A DNA stretch of 38,467 nt, taken from NCBI GenBank assembly GCA_002698665.1, contig NZZP01000003.1, positions 1-38,467 on the forward strand, in the 5' to 3' direction. Origin of the DNA: Gammaproteobacteria bacterium (lineage in GTDB: Bacteria > Pseudomonadota > Gammaproteobacteria > GCA-002705445 > GCA-002716945). The stretch's first letter is position 1; every line of letters starts with the position of its first letter. The position numbers were made by a program, and so were the translations under genes. Below the pieces are notes generated by a model that made no database searches, was not told the origin of the DNA, and saw only the letters and a program-made list of their open reading frames with translations. Below are positions 8,980-18,284 of the stretch, in pieces.

Positions 8980-10636
8980 TCTCTTGATGCATCCCGGAGT
9001 ACCTTTAATTATTGCATCGATATTAATATTAATTTTTAAAGGAAAAGCAAATATTCTGTCTCTAGGAGCAATATTGGTATCCTTTGTTTTACTAATATTA
9101 TTCTTACCTGCTAATAATCTCGAATTTATTTTTCTTGACTATAACTTTATCTTTTTTGATTACAGTAAACTTTCATTTCTGTTTTGTTTAGTATTTCTAC
9201 TGATAGCTTTACTTGGAAAGATATTTTCAATATATAGAGATTGTTATAAAGAAAAAGCATTAATTTTACTCTATATTGCATCTTCAATTACAGTCATATT
9301 TTCTGGTGATTTTATAACTCTTTATATCTTTTGGGAGATAATGGCTATTTCATCTTCAATGATAATATGGTCGTCAGGAACCAAACAAGCAAGTAAAGCA
9401 GGAATACGATATTTACAAGTACATTTGTTTGGCGGTGTTATTTTATTAATGGGCATAATTGGCTTATATATGGATACCGGCAACCTGCAAATAAGACATT
9501 TAGATTTATACTCTTGGTACAACTGGCTGATGCTGACCGGTTTTTTATTGAATGCAGGCGCACCTCCTTTCTCGCATTGGTTGCCAGATGCATATCCTGA
9601 AGGAAGTTATTCTTCAACAATATTCTTATCGGCATACACAACTAAAACATCAGTATTTATTTTAATAATGACTTTTGCTGGTGAAGAAATATTAATATAT
9701 TTTGGATTGTACATGATTATGTATGGAATTATCTATGCCCTTTTAGAAAATGATATTAGAAAAATTTTATCCTATAGCATTGTTAATCAAGTAGGTTTCA
9801 TGATCGTAGGAATTGGAATAGGGACAGAATTAGCTATTAATGGAGCTTCTGCACACGCATTTTCACATATAATCTACAAGGGGTTGTTATTAATGTCAGC
9901 CGGAAGTGTGATTTATATGATTAATAAACGAAAATGTACAGATGTAGGCGGTCTATATAAAACTATGCCAATTACAGCAACATGTGGAATTATTGGTGCT
10001 CTTGCAATCTCAGCGTTTCCTCTAACATCTGGATTTATTTCTAAGTCTATGATTTTGGATTCAAGTATTAATCAGAATCTGATATATGTCTGGGTGCTTT
10101 TACTCATAGGTTCTGCTGGAGTTTTTCTTCATGCAGGAATAAAGTTTCCTTGGTTTGTATTCTTTCATAGAGATAAAAATATAATTACAACCGATCCTCC
10201 AATGTATATGAAACTATCGATGATTACAGCATCCATAATATGTATTGGAATTGGAATATTCCCTGCTATATTGTATGACATTCTTCCTTATGCAACAAAC
10301 TATGTACCGTATACTGGCAATCATGTTATTAGTCAACTTCATCTGTTGATATTTTCTGGACTAGCATTTTTTATCTCTCTTAAATATTTAGAAAGGACGT
10401 TAACAATAACTCTAGACTTTGATTGGGTATATAGAGATAAAGGCAGGTACATTAATAAGCTTGTTGTTTTAATGCAAACTTTATTAAATAATTTAATGCT
10501 TAAAATGAGTTTAAAAAATATTAAAGGTAAATTTTTAGTATTTGAAAACTATGTCATGAGGCAGGCTACAGTTTCAGTCATGGTTACATTAGTATTAATT
10601 ACACTAACAGTATTCCTTTTACTTAATATTATTTAG
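8969..10636 (+). CDS. Third large antiporter-like subunit (MrpD/MrpA family) with C-terminal extension
   Basis: IFWEIMA, HWLPDAYPE, ILSYSIVNQVG, HIIYKGLL, GFISKS; polar stretch after DFDWVYR then a terminal TM helix. Confidence 0.88.
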   Translation: MMNSLLMHPGVPLIIASILILIFKGKANILSLGAILVSFVLLILFLPANNLEFIFLDYNFIFFDYSKLSFLFCLVFLLIALLGKIFSIYRDCYKEKALILLYIASSITVIFSGDFITLYIFWEIMAISSSMIIWSSGTKQASKAGIRYLQVHLFGGVILLMGIIGLYMDTGNLQIRHLDLYSWYNWLMLTGFLLNAGAPPFSHWLPDAYPEGSYSSTIFLSAYTTKTSVFILIMTFAGEEILIYFGLYMIMYGIIYALLENDIRKILSYSIVNQVGFMIVGIGIGTELAINGASAHAFSHIIYKGLLLMSAGSVIYMINKRKCTDVGGLYKTMPITATCGIIGALAISAFPLTSGFISKSMILDSSINQNLIYVWVLLLIGSAGVFLHAGIKFPWFVFFHRDKNIITTDPPMYMKLSMITASIICIGIGIFPAILYDILPYATNYVPYTGNHVISQLHLLIFSGLAFFISLKYLERTLTITLDFDWVYRDKGRYINKLVVLMQTLLNNLMLKMSLKNIKGKFLVFENYVMRQATVSVMVTLVLITLTVFLLLNII

Positions 10637-11957
10637 TACCCCCAATTGTGATATCCTTGATGAGTATTGAACCTGTTCGTATACGCCCTCTTATATCTAT
10701 GTCATCACCTAGTGCTACAATATTTTTAAACATTTTTAATAAATTTGATGCTACTGTGATTTCGGTTACAGGATGTTTTATTTCTCCATCCTTAATAAGA
10801 TACCCAAAGGCTCCACGCGAATAGTCGCCTGTTAATGTATTAGCTCCACTGCCCATCATATCAGTAATAAATATACCATCTTCCATTGTAGAAATTATAT
10901 TTTTTGTAAGTGATCTATCGGTATCTATTATAATATTAGTCAATGAACCATTTCCCGTACATTCCATTTTTAATTTTCTTGAAGAATAAGTATCCAACAA
11001 ATAGGTTTTCAATATACCTTTAGATATAATATCTTTTTTACATGTCAAGACCCCATCAATATCATAGGGTCTTGTTGCAGGCCCACCCTCAAGGAGAGGT
11101 TCTTCTCTTATGTTGAGAAAATTAGGGAATATTGTTTCTTCAAGTTTGTTTAAAAGAAAACTTGATTTTTTATAAATTGAAGAACCATCAATAGCTCCCA
11201 AAAAGTTTGATATAATAGACTGAGCCATTTCTGGTGAAAATAAAACCGGACACGCGCGCGTCTTAATTGTTTTGGCGCCCAGTCTAGAGACTGCTCTTCT
11301 AGCAGCTATTCTACCAATATCTTTAGCATTCTCTATGCTATCAAGGTCTCTTGTAGAAGAATACCAGTAGTCTCTTTCCATTAATTTATCCTGCTCTGCT
11401 AAAGCAATGCAGGATAGCGAATAATCAGTTGATTTATACGAGCCATAAGCCCCATTAGAATTCAAGATAATATTTTTTTGATTGGAATATGAAAATGTTG
11501 ATCCCTCAGAATTTGTTATTCTGTTATCAAAACTGAAAGCTTCACTTTCACATTCAATTGTTTTATCGATAATTTCATTAATATCTAGTTTCTCTGGGTA
11601 ATAAATCCCTAAGTCAGTCCAATCATTTTTTGTATAGTTGGACTCAGGCAAGCCCTGACATTCATCCTGTTGAGTGTTGGTAGAAATATACTCAGCTTTC
11701 TCTATTGTTTTTTGTATACTCTCTAAGGATAGATTATTGGTTGAAGCAGTCCCTTTTTTATAATTATTATATACAGCTACCGCCAACCCAGTGTCTTGAT
11801 GATGTTCAATACTTTCTACTGATTTCGATCTAGATGTTACCGTAAAACCATCAGATAATGATAAAGAAAATACATATTGATAATCTGTCTTTAATTTAGA
11901 AAGTAAGTTTTGTATCAGATTTTTATATTTGTCAGCATCCGGTGTATTTGATGTCAA
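10629..11957 (-). CDS. pmbA: TldE/PmbA metalloprotease subunit
   Basis: MERDYWYS, G.N.LTGDYSRGA.G, PV.EITVA; no HExxxH; TTG start overlapping the tldD stop. Confidence 0.93.
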   Translation of the reverse strand: MTSNTPDADKYKNLIQNLLSKLKTDYQYVFSLSLSDGFTVTSRSKSVESIEHHQDTGLAVAVYNNYKKGTASTNNLSLESIQKTIEKAEYISTNTQQDECQGLPESNYTKNDWTDLGIYYPEKLDINEIIDKTIECESEAFSFDNRITNSEGSTFSYSNQKNIILNSNGAYGSYKSTDYSLSCIALAEQDKLMERDYWYSSTRDLDSIENAKDIGRIAARRAVSRLGAKTIKTRACPVLFSPEMAQSIISNFLGAIDGSSIYKKSSFLLNKLEETIFPNFLNIREEPLLEGGPATRPYDIDGVLTCKKDIISKGILKTYLLDTYSSRKLKMECTGNGSLTNIIIDTDRSLTKNIISTMEDGIFITDMMGSGANTLTGDYSRGAFGYLIKDGEIKHPVTEITVASNLLKMFKNIVALGDDIDIRGRIRTGSILIKDITIGGTK

Positions 11958-13384
11958 ATTTTTGTTCCCCCAACTGTAATATCATCTATTTTTAGAGTGG
12001 GCTGACCTACGCCAACAGGTACACTTTGACCATCTTTTCCGCATGTGCCTACACCATCATCTAACTTAAGATCATTTCCGACCATAGAAACTTTTTTGAG
12101 CACTTCCGGTCCATTTCCAATTAATGTCATACCTTTTATCGCATGACTAATTTTACCATTAGCTATTTTATAAGCTTCCGAAGCCGTAAAAACAAACTGC
12201 CCATTCGTTATGTCAACCTGTCCACCGGAGAAATTTACAGCATAAATACCATTTTGAACTGATTCAATAATTTCACTAGGATTATATTTTCCAGGCCTCA
12301 TAAATGTATTTGTCATTCTTGGCATTGGCAAACATGAATAGTTTTCTCTTCTACCATTTCCAGTTGGTCCCGTCTTCATAAGTTTTGCATTTACTTTATC
12401 CTGCATATAACCTTTCAACACACCATTTTCTATAAGGGTATTGCATTGTGTCTCGCATCCTTCATCATCAAAAGACAGTGATCCTCGTCTTTTCGATATT
12501 GTTCCGTCATCAACAATAGTACATTGCGATGATGCGACTTTTTTTCCAATTAAGTTAGAAAATGCTGAAGTTTTTTTTCTATTAAAATCACCTTCTAATC
12601 CGTGTCCAATAGCCTCATGGAGAAGTACGCCAGGCCAACCTGGTCCAAGGACAACCGTCATGGCTCCAGCTTTTGCTTCTTGTGCAGACAAATTTACATC
12701 AGCTTGCCTGAGAGCCTCTTCTGCATATGTATATGCAATATCAGAATCAATTATATGGTCATATGAATATCTACCGCCTCCACCAGCTGATCCTCTCTCT
12801 CTTCTATCTCCTTTCTTTAGAATAACCATGACACTAAATCTTACTAGTGGTCTATCATCAAAAGCTTTAATTCCATCTGTGTTAGCAACAAATATTGAAT
12901 CGTAACTTCCTGCAAGACTAATAATCACTTGCTCGACCCTAGAATCTTTAGCTCTAATATGATTATCAATTTTTTTAAGAAACTTAACCTTTAAATCATC
13001 TTTTATACCGTCTATTGGTGATACTGGCTCATAAAGTTTTCTAATATTCTGTTCCTCACCTATTTTTATGAGTTTTTCTTTTCCAGATTTTGCTATACAT
13101 CTCGAGGTATTTGCTGCAGACATTAAATTATCGAACTCAAAATTATTGCTATATGCAAAACCAGACTTATCAGAGACAACCGATCTAATGCCGACTCCAC
13201 TATCTATACTAGAAGAACCATGTTTAACAATACCATCTTCTAGTTGCCAACTTTCGGATAATGTATGTTGAAAATATATATCAGCAAAATCTATATTTTT
13301 TGAACATGCAACTGATAATATCTTTGCTAATTTATCATCATTTAAATCATAATTATCAAGAATCAGGGTTTGTATAGTATTCAT
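11954..13384 (-). CDS. tldD: TldD metalloprotease
   Basis: GPGWPGVLLHEAIGHGLEGDFNRK, PMPRMTNT, CGKDGQSVPVGVGQPT. Confidence 0.97.
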   Translation of the reverse strand: MNTIQTLILDNYDLNDDKLAKILSVACSKNIDFADIYFQHTLSESWQLEDGIVKHGSSSIDSGVGIRSVVSDKSGFAYSNNFEFDNLMSAANTSRCIAKSGKEKLIKIGEEQNIRKLYEPVSPIDGIKDDLKVKFLKKIDNHIRAKDSRVEQVIISLAGSYDSIFVANTDGIKAFDDRPLVRFSVMVILKKGDRRERGSAGGGGRYSYDHIIDSDIAYTYAEEALRQADVNLSAQEAKAGAMTVVLGPGWPGVLLHEAIGHGLEGDFNRKKTSAFSNLIGKKVASSQCTIVDDGTISKRRGSLSFDDEGCETQCNTLIENGVLKGYMQDKVNAKLMKTGPTGNGRRENYSCLPMPRMTNTFMRPGKYNPSEIIESVQNGIYAVNFSGGQVDITNGQFVFTASEAYKIANGKISHAIKGMTLIGNGPEVLKKVSMVGNDLKLDDGVGTCGKDGQSVPVGVGQPTLKIDDITVGGTKI

Positions 13385-14199
13385 TTTTTACCTATTAAGT
13401 TTATATGTGATAGAACAGGAAATTTTTCTCTAATTGAGTGTAACTGTTTTAAATTAACATCCGCCTCAATAAAACCGCTACCAGAATCTATTCTTGATAG
13501 AACTTGTCCCCATGGGTTAACAATCATGCTATTTCCATAAGTTTGTCTACCACTTATATGATATCCTCCCTGACAAGCTGTGACAACATAACATAAATTT
13601 TCTATAGCTCTAGCTTTTACTAATGTTTCCCAGTGCACCTTTCCTGTTTGATGAGTAAAGGCTGCAGGCAAGACCATTATTTCTACCCCATGATCATGCT
13701 GTAATCTGTAAAGCTCAGGAAATCTCAAGTCATAGCAAATGGATAGCCCTATAATGCCTATGGGTGTCTGAATAACTTTAATTTCTTTCCCAGGTTTAAA
13801 GACCTTAGATTCAGCATATGACTCATTTGAATTAGGTAGTTGGACATCAAATAGGTGTATTTTATCATATCTACAGACAACATCGCCTGAATCATTATAT
13901 ACGAGTGTAGTCGAAGATACTTTACTGGATTGATTTGTCTTTAGAGGGATAGTGCCTGCTATAATCCATAATTTATATTTTTCTGAGCACTGAGAGAGAA
14001 AATCTTGTAATGGCCCACTTCCTTCAATTTCAGCATGCTCGATGAATTCCTGATCATTTTCAGGCATCAGAGCAAAATTCTCAGGTAGAACAACCATTTT
14101 TACATTTGTTTTTGATATATCTTTCAGATAACGTGAGACTTCAAGTAAGTTAGCTTGAATATTTGGCCCAGAAGTTAATTGAATAGATGCTATTGTCAT
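13381..14199 (-). CDS. Carbon-nitrogen hydrolase, Nit1/deaminated-glutathione amidase type
   Basis: Glu-Lys-Cys triad in LPEN, YDKIHLFDV, ICYDLRFPE; ARAIEN; usual position between yhdP and tldD. Confidence 0.9.
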   Translation of the reverse strand: MTIASIQLTSGPNIQANLLEVSRYLKDISKTNVKMVVLPENFALMPENDQEFIEHAEIEGSGPLQDFLSQCSEKYKLWIIAGTIPLKTNQSSKVSSTTLVYNDSGDVVCRYDKIHLFDVQLPNSNESYAESKVFKPGKEIKVIQTPIGIIGLSICYDLRFPELYRLQHDHGVEIMVLPAAFTHQTGKVHWETLVKARAIENLCYVVTACQGGYHISGRQTYGNSMIVNPWGQVLSRIDSGSGFIEADVNLKQLHSIREKFPVLSHINLIGKK

Positions 14200-14234
14200 T
14201 ATTTCTCTCCAATACTATGTGTTCTTAGAATATA

Positions 14235-17200
14235 TTAATTTTCGATTGGTTTAAACGATTCAATTACGTTTATCTCAGGATTGTCCCATGATCCTTTTAT
14301 GGAATATTCAACAGCTGCTAACTGATTTGTATTAATACCCATCTCTTTTAATACTTTATCATAAAAGATGGATGCTACAGCACCTATAGGGCCTCCTAAA
14401 AGAGTCCCTGAAATAAGACTCATAGAAGATAAATCAGGTATGTAAATTAGTTCTTGGTCATGTGTCCTTTTTTTCAGACTAGATGATCCATTAATTCTCA
14501 TTTCACCAAAAGTACCCTTCAATACTAAATTATTGACTTCGGCTGATGAATCTAAGAAAATAAATTCCCCATTCATTGTCTCAAAAGATAAACCACTTGA
14601 AAAAAAATCACTGAAATCTAAAGTTAACCTCTTCTGAAGAGACGAGATACTAAATAAGCCTAGTAGTTGACCGATTGCCTTGGTTTGTTTAGTAACTTGT
14701 AAGAATTCACCATCCTTTAAGTCTAATATAATTTTTCCATCGAAAGTATCCAATGAAAAAATATCAGGTGAGCCTCTCCATTGGCCTATCAACTGAGATT
14801 TTAACTTTCCTTTCTTTATAACATCAGAGTAACCTAAATTACCTAAAGAAGTCCCAAAATTACCACTGGAAAAACTTGCGTCAAAAAATGTTAGTTGTCC
14901 ATTAGAGGAATTAATCCACTTTCCTGTACCTAGCATAGAAAGATGATTATTGTCAAAGCTGAGTCTTTCTATTACCATACCATCTGAAGCAGGGGCAGTC
15001 CTAATGACGAAATTATTAAAATAATATTTATTAATTTTAGCCTGATATATCTCTAAATTTAAAAATGGATAAACCATAGGGTCAGCTACACCCTCAAATT
15101 TATTTAAATCAAAATAATCTAATTTAGCATTAATCCTGTTTTCAGTATCAATGCTATCCGGCAGAGATAAATTACCTTTAATTGAGGGTGAATTTATTGC
15201 TATTAATAATCCATTTGAATTTGGTAATATCTTTAGCTTATATTCCTCAAAAATAATATTTAATGGGTTCTCTTTGTTATTATTGAGTTTAAAAGATATG
15301 TCAATATTTTTTTTTGTTTGTGCGACTTTTTTAAAAGGACTAATCATGTTAAATGACATTCCTTGCATATCAGATTTTAATCTAATATTTATGTCATCAA
15401 TATTTCTATATGTAAGCATCATATGAGTCTTTGACTCACCAGTGAATGACTGGAATAAATTATAGTTAGATATATGCTTTATCAAATCTGCAGTAACAGT
15501 ACCTTTGCTTTTCATGGAATAGCTAACTTGATTTTTTCTAATTTTGGTATCAAGAGACAACTGAAATGGAAGATTATTGATATAATATTCTGCCTCATTT
15601 ATATAGATATATTTATCATAGAAACCAATTCTAAGATTATTAGAATTAAAAGATAGATCCGGATTTTTATTACCCAAAACTAATTTATTTAAATTCAGAA
15701 TACCATAAGAATTTCTTTTTTTCTTTGAGGATACACTAATATATTTTAGATCATATTGAGAGTTAACTGATAAGCCAGATTCTTTAATATATTCTTTATA
15801 ATGAGAAGGTAAGTTTTTAAATATTGTTTTAAAATCACCACGAATATTAAATTTATATTTTTTATTCTGTTTAGATATATTTCCATATACTTTAATCGCT
15901 TGATTTTGATTGAAATATATATCTTGTGAACTCAATATTAAATTGCCATCTTTACTCCTATAGTTAATATTTCCAATTAGCGAATCAATTTTAAAATTAT
16001 CTTCACTCAGAGACATATCAATATTTTTACTATCAATAAGTATCGTGCCAAAATAAGATTCGCCAATAATTCTACCAGTCAAGTTATTCAAAGAAAAATC
16101 ATTAGATTCTTGATAATTCAATGATTTAAAATTCACTTGGTATCGCCTTTTCCTATTATCATTAATATCTCTGATTACTAAATCAGATAAAACTCCACCT
16201 TGGAATGGCTTGATACTAGAAAATAGTAGTGTCTTAGAAAAGTTAGGGAAAATCCTAGTCAGGTAATTAATATCATCAAGATTTATCTCGTCAACTGCTA
16301 TATCTGCTAAGCTAGCATCTTTTATAGTCATTAATATATTATTACTATCATAATCATTGTTCTTAGTCTTAAAATTCAATTTTCCTAAATGAATTTTTTT
16401 TATATTATTTATATTTTGATAGTCTATTTCAGTACTTAATTTTTCTATGTGATATTTTTCTTTAGTGAGGAGATTTTCAAGTTTTCCACTATCAATATTC
16501 AATAATCCCTTAACATCAATAAATGCATTATCCTGAATTTTTGCCCATAATGAATAATCAATACTATCTAATGATGCCGTAAGTTTGCTAGGAAGAATTG
16601 ATAAATCAGATGTATTAACATTTATACCTCGACTAAATATTATGCCATCAAATTTATTAGAAGAATTTATTTTAAATACGGAGGCTAAATGAATGACCTC
16701 AGTTGTATCTTGATGATTAAATGTTGAAAATATTTTTATATTGTCCAGTTCATTAAACACTACCATATTGATATTAAGCAGCTTATGGGTTATTTCTTTA
16801 TCTAAATCGTTGATCTGTATATTTGAATCTGAAATACGAAACTTAGTTGTATCTAATATAGTTTCATTAGCATTATCACCAGGTCTATAAGTATCTAATA
16901 AATCATAATCCTTCATATAAAGTTTATCATTTATATAGTCAAGAGTAATATCAGAATTAACGAGGTTTATTTCATAAGGAATAAATCTTTGACTATACAA
17001 AAGACTCATTAAATTAAATTGTAAAAGGATTCTTTCACCTTCAATTAAAATATCACTTGAATCTTTTTTGTATAATGAAAAATCTTTGAGAGCAATATGT
17101 ACATTGAGTCCATGCCATCTAGTTTCTAAATTATTGATATTTAAGTTGAGTCCAGATTTTTTTTCTACGATTGAAATTAAAGGTTTCGTATATGTGTTAG

Positions 17201-17297
17201 AAATATAATTTGTATTTTCTGTTATAAATACAAGTAATGCAAGAGTAATAATAATAAACGAAATAAAGTATATTATTAATGATAATATTTTTTGCAT
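14235..17297 (-). CDS. yhdP: YhdP-like AsmA-family phospholipid transport protein, divergent and short
   Basis: N-terminal TM anchor, long beta-rich body, C-terminal LLGLFS.SSL.KRL.LDFSDFF..GLSF and Y.IKGSWDNP; synteny with nit-tldD. Confidence 0.85.
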   Translation of the reverse strand: MQKILSLIIYFISFIIITLALLVFITENTNYISNTYTKPLISIVEKKSGLNLNINNLETRWHGLNVHIALKDFSLYKKDSSDILIEGERILLQFNLMSLLYSQRFIPYEINLVNSDITLDYINDKLYMKDYDLLDTYRPGDNANETILDTTKFRISDSNIQINDLDKEITHKLLNINMVVFNELDNIKIFSTFNHQDTTEVIHLASVFKINSSNKFDGIIFSRGINVNTSDLSILPSKLTASLDSIDYSLWAKIQDNAFIDVKGLLNIDSGKLENLLTKEKYHIEKLSTEIDYQNINNIKKIHLGKLNFKTKNNDYDSNNILMTIKDASLADIAVDEINLDDINYLTRIFPNFSKTLLFSSIKPFQGGVLSDLVIRDINDNRKRRYQVNFKSLNYQESNDFSLNNLTGRIIGESYFGTILIDSKNIDMSLSEDNFKIDSLIGNINYRSKDGNLILSSQDIYFNQNQAIKVYGNISKQNKKYKFNIRGDFKTIFKNLPSHYKEYIKESGLSVNSQYDLKYISVSSKKKRNSYGILNLNKLVLGNKNPDLSFNSNNLRIGFYDKYIYINEAEYYINNLPFQLSLDTKIRKNQVSYSMKSKGTVTADLIKHISNYNLFQSFTGESKTHMMLTYRNIDDINIRLKSDMQGMSFNMISPFKKVAQTKKNIDISFKLNNNKENPLNIIFEEYKLKILPNSNGLLIAINSPSIKGNLSLPDSIDTENRINAKLDYFDLNKFEGVADPMVYPFLNLEIYQAKINKYYFNNFVIRTAPASDGMVIERLSFDNNHLSMLGTGKWINSSNGQLTFFDASFSSGNFGTSLGNLGYSDVIKKGKLKSQLIGQWRGSPDIFSLDTFDGKIILDLKDGEFLQVTKQTKAIGQLLGLFSISSLQKRLTLDFSDFFSSGLSFETMNGEFIFLDSSAEVNNLVLKGTFGEMRINGSSSLKKRTHDQELIYIPDLSSMSLISGTLLGGPIGAVASIFYDKVLKEMGINTNQLAAVEYSIKGSWDNPEINVIESFKPIEN

Positions 17298-17301
17298 AGG
17301 A

Positions 17302-17646
17302 CTATTTGTATGTAAAATTCTGAGTATCTATACTCTCATCCCATAATTTTTCTAATGAGTAGAATTCACGAGTTTCAGGATGCATTACATGAACTAATAA
17401 ATCACCATAATCTATTAATATCCACTCAGATCTATTGTATCCTTCAACACCAAGTGGTTTAATTTTATTTTTCTTAAGTTTTGTAACCAAGTTGTCTGCT
17501 ATTGCTTTGACATGTCGTGTCGATCTTCCAGATGCAATGAACATTAAATCCGTTACAGAAGACTTGTTTGTCACATCAACTAATGTAATATCCTGAGCTT
17601 TATTATCCTCTAAGACATTTAAGATATATTTTTTTATCTTTTCCAT
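17302..17646 (-). CDS. rsfS: Ribosome silencing factor
   Basis: D.KAQDI, IASGRSTRHV, WILIDYGD..VHVM...REFYSLEKLW. Confidence 0.96.
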   Translation of the reverse strand: MEKIKKYILNVLEDNKAQDITLVDVTNKSSVTDLMFIASGRSTRHVKAIADNLVTKLKKNKIKPLGVEGYNRSEWILIDYGDLLVHVMHPETREFYSLEKLWDESIDTQNFTYK

Positions 17647-17648
17647 TA

Positions 17649-18284
17649 CTAGTAAATCTTATTATCTAGCAACCATTTTGCAAGTTCTGGCTTAATATCA
17701 TTTGAAATATCTTGATCCTTTATTAATCTTTTTCTCACTTCAGATGATGAAATATCAATCAATGATGTTTCTTCTAAATATATTTTACCATATGAAGTAC
17801 TATGAAATATAGTTAGATCTTCACAAATAAACGACTTCAAGCTATGTTCTACTTTGCCAGGGTGATTATTTGATATACGTGCTGTGACAATGATGTTACA
17901 TATCTCTAAAATTTCAGTATATTTTTTCCATTGCGGAAATAACTCTAAGGTATCGCTGCCCATAATTAAATAAATATTATCACCAGGATATTCTTCTGAA
18001 ATTGATTTTATGGTATCTATCATAAAAGAGGTTCCGCCTCTAATTATTTCCCGATTATCAATAATGTAATTTGGGTTAGTAATACTCTTTTCAAGCATCT
18101 TTATTCTATCTGTTGTCGACGCTATTATTTGTTTTGATGAATTAGATTTACATGTTGGAATAAAATGTATTTTATCTAAATTATGTATTTTGTGAAGTTG
18201 ATTAATTGGCTTCAAGTGTCCATTATGAATTGGATCAAAAGCACCGCCATATACTCCTATTCTTCTTTTTGAATTATTATTAAT
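17649..18284 (-). CDS. nadD: Nicotinate-nucleotide adenylyltransferase; start extended from 18215 to ATT 18284 (211 aa)
   Basis: In-frame upstream of the track start lies RIGVYGGAFDPIHNGHL; IMGSD and DISSSEVR downstream; proA-nadD-rsfS synteny. Confidence 0.92.
   Translation of the reverse strand: MNNNSKRRIGVYGGAFDPIHNGHLKPINQLHKIHNLDKIHFIPTCKSNSSKQIIASTTDRIKMLEKSITNPNYIIDNREIIRGGTSFMIDTIKSISEEYPGDNIYLIMGSDTLELFPQWKKYTEILEICNIIVTARISNNHPGKVEHSLKSFICEDLTIFHSTSYGKIYLEETSLIDISSSEVRKRLIKDQDISNDIKPELAKWLLDNKIY

Noticed and set aside
3502-10636. Reading the membrane cluster as complex I, a hydrogenase or a DAB-type carbon pump
   Set aside because: No NuoH/B/C/D/I, NiFe or DabA-like partner in the window; MrpE/F/G/B/C are present.
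12441-12905. 154-aa plus-strand ORF
   Set aside because: Antisense shadow of tldD.
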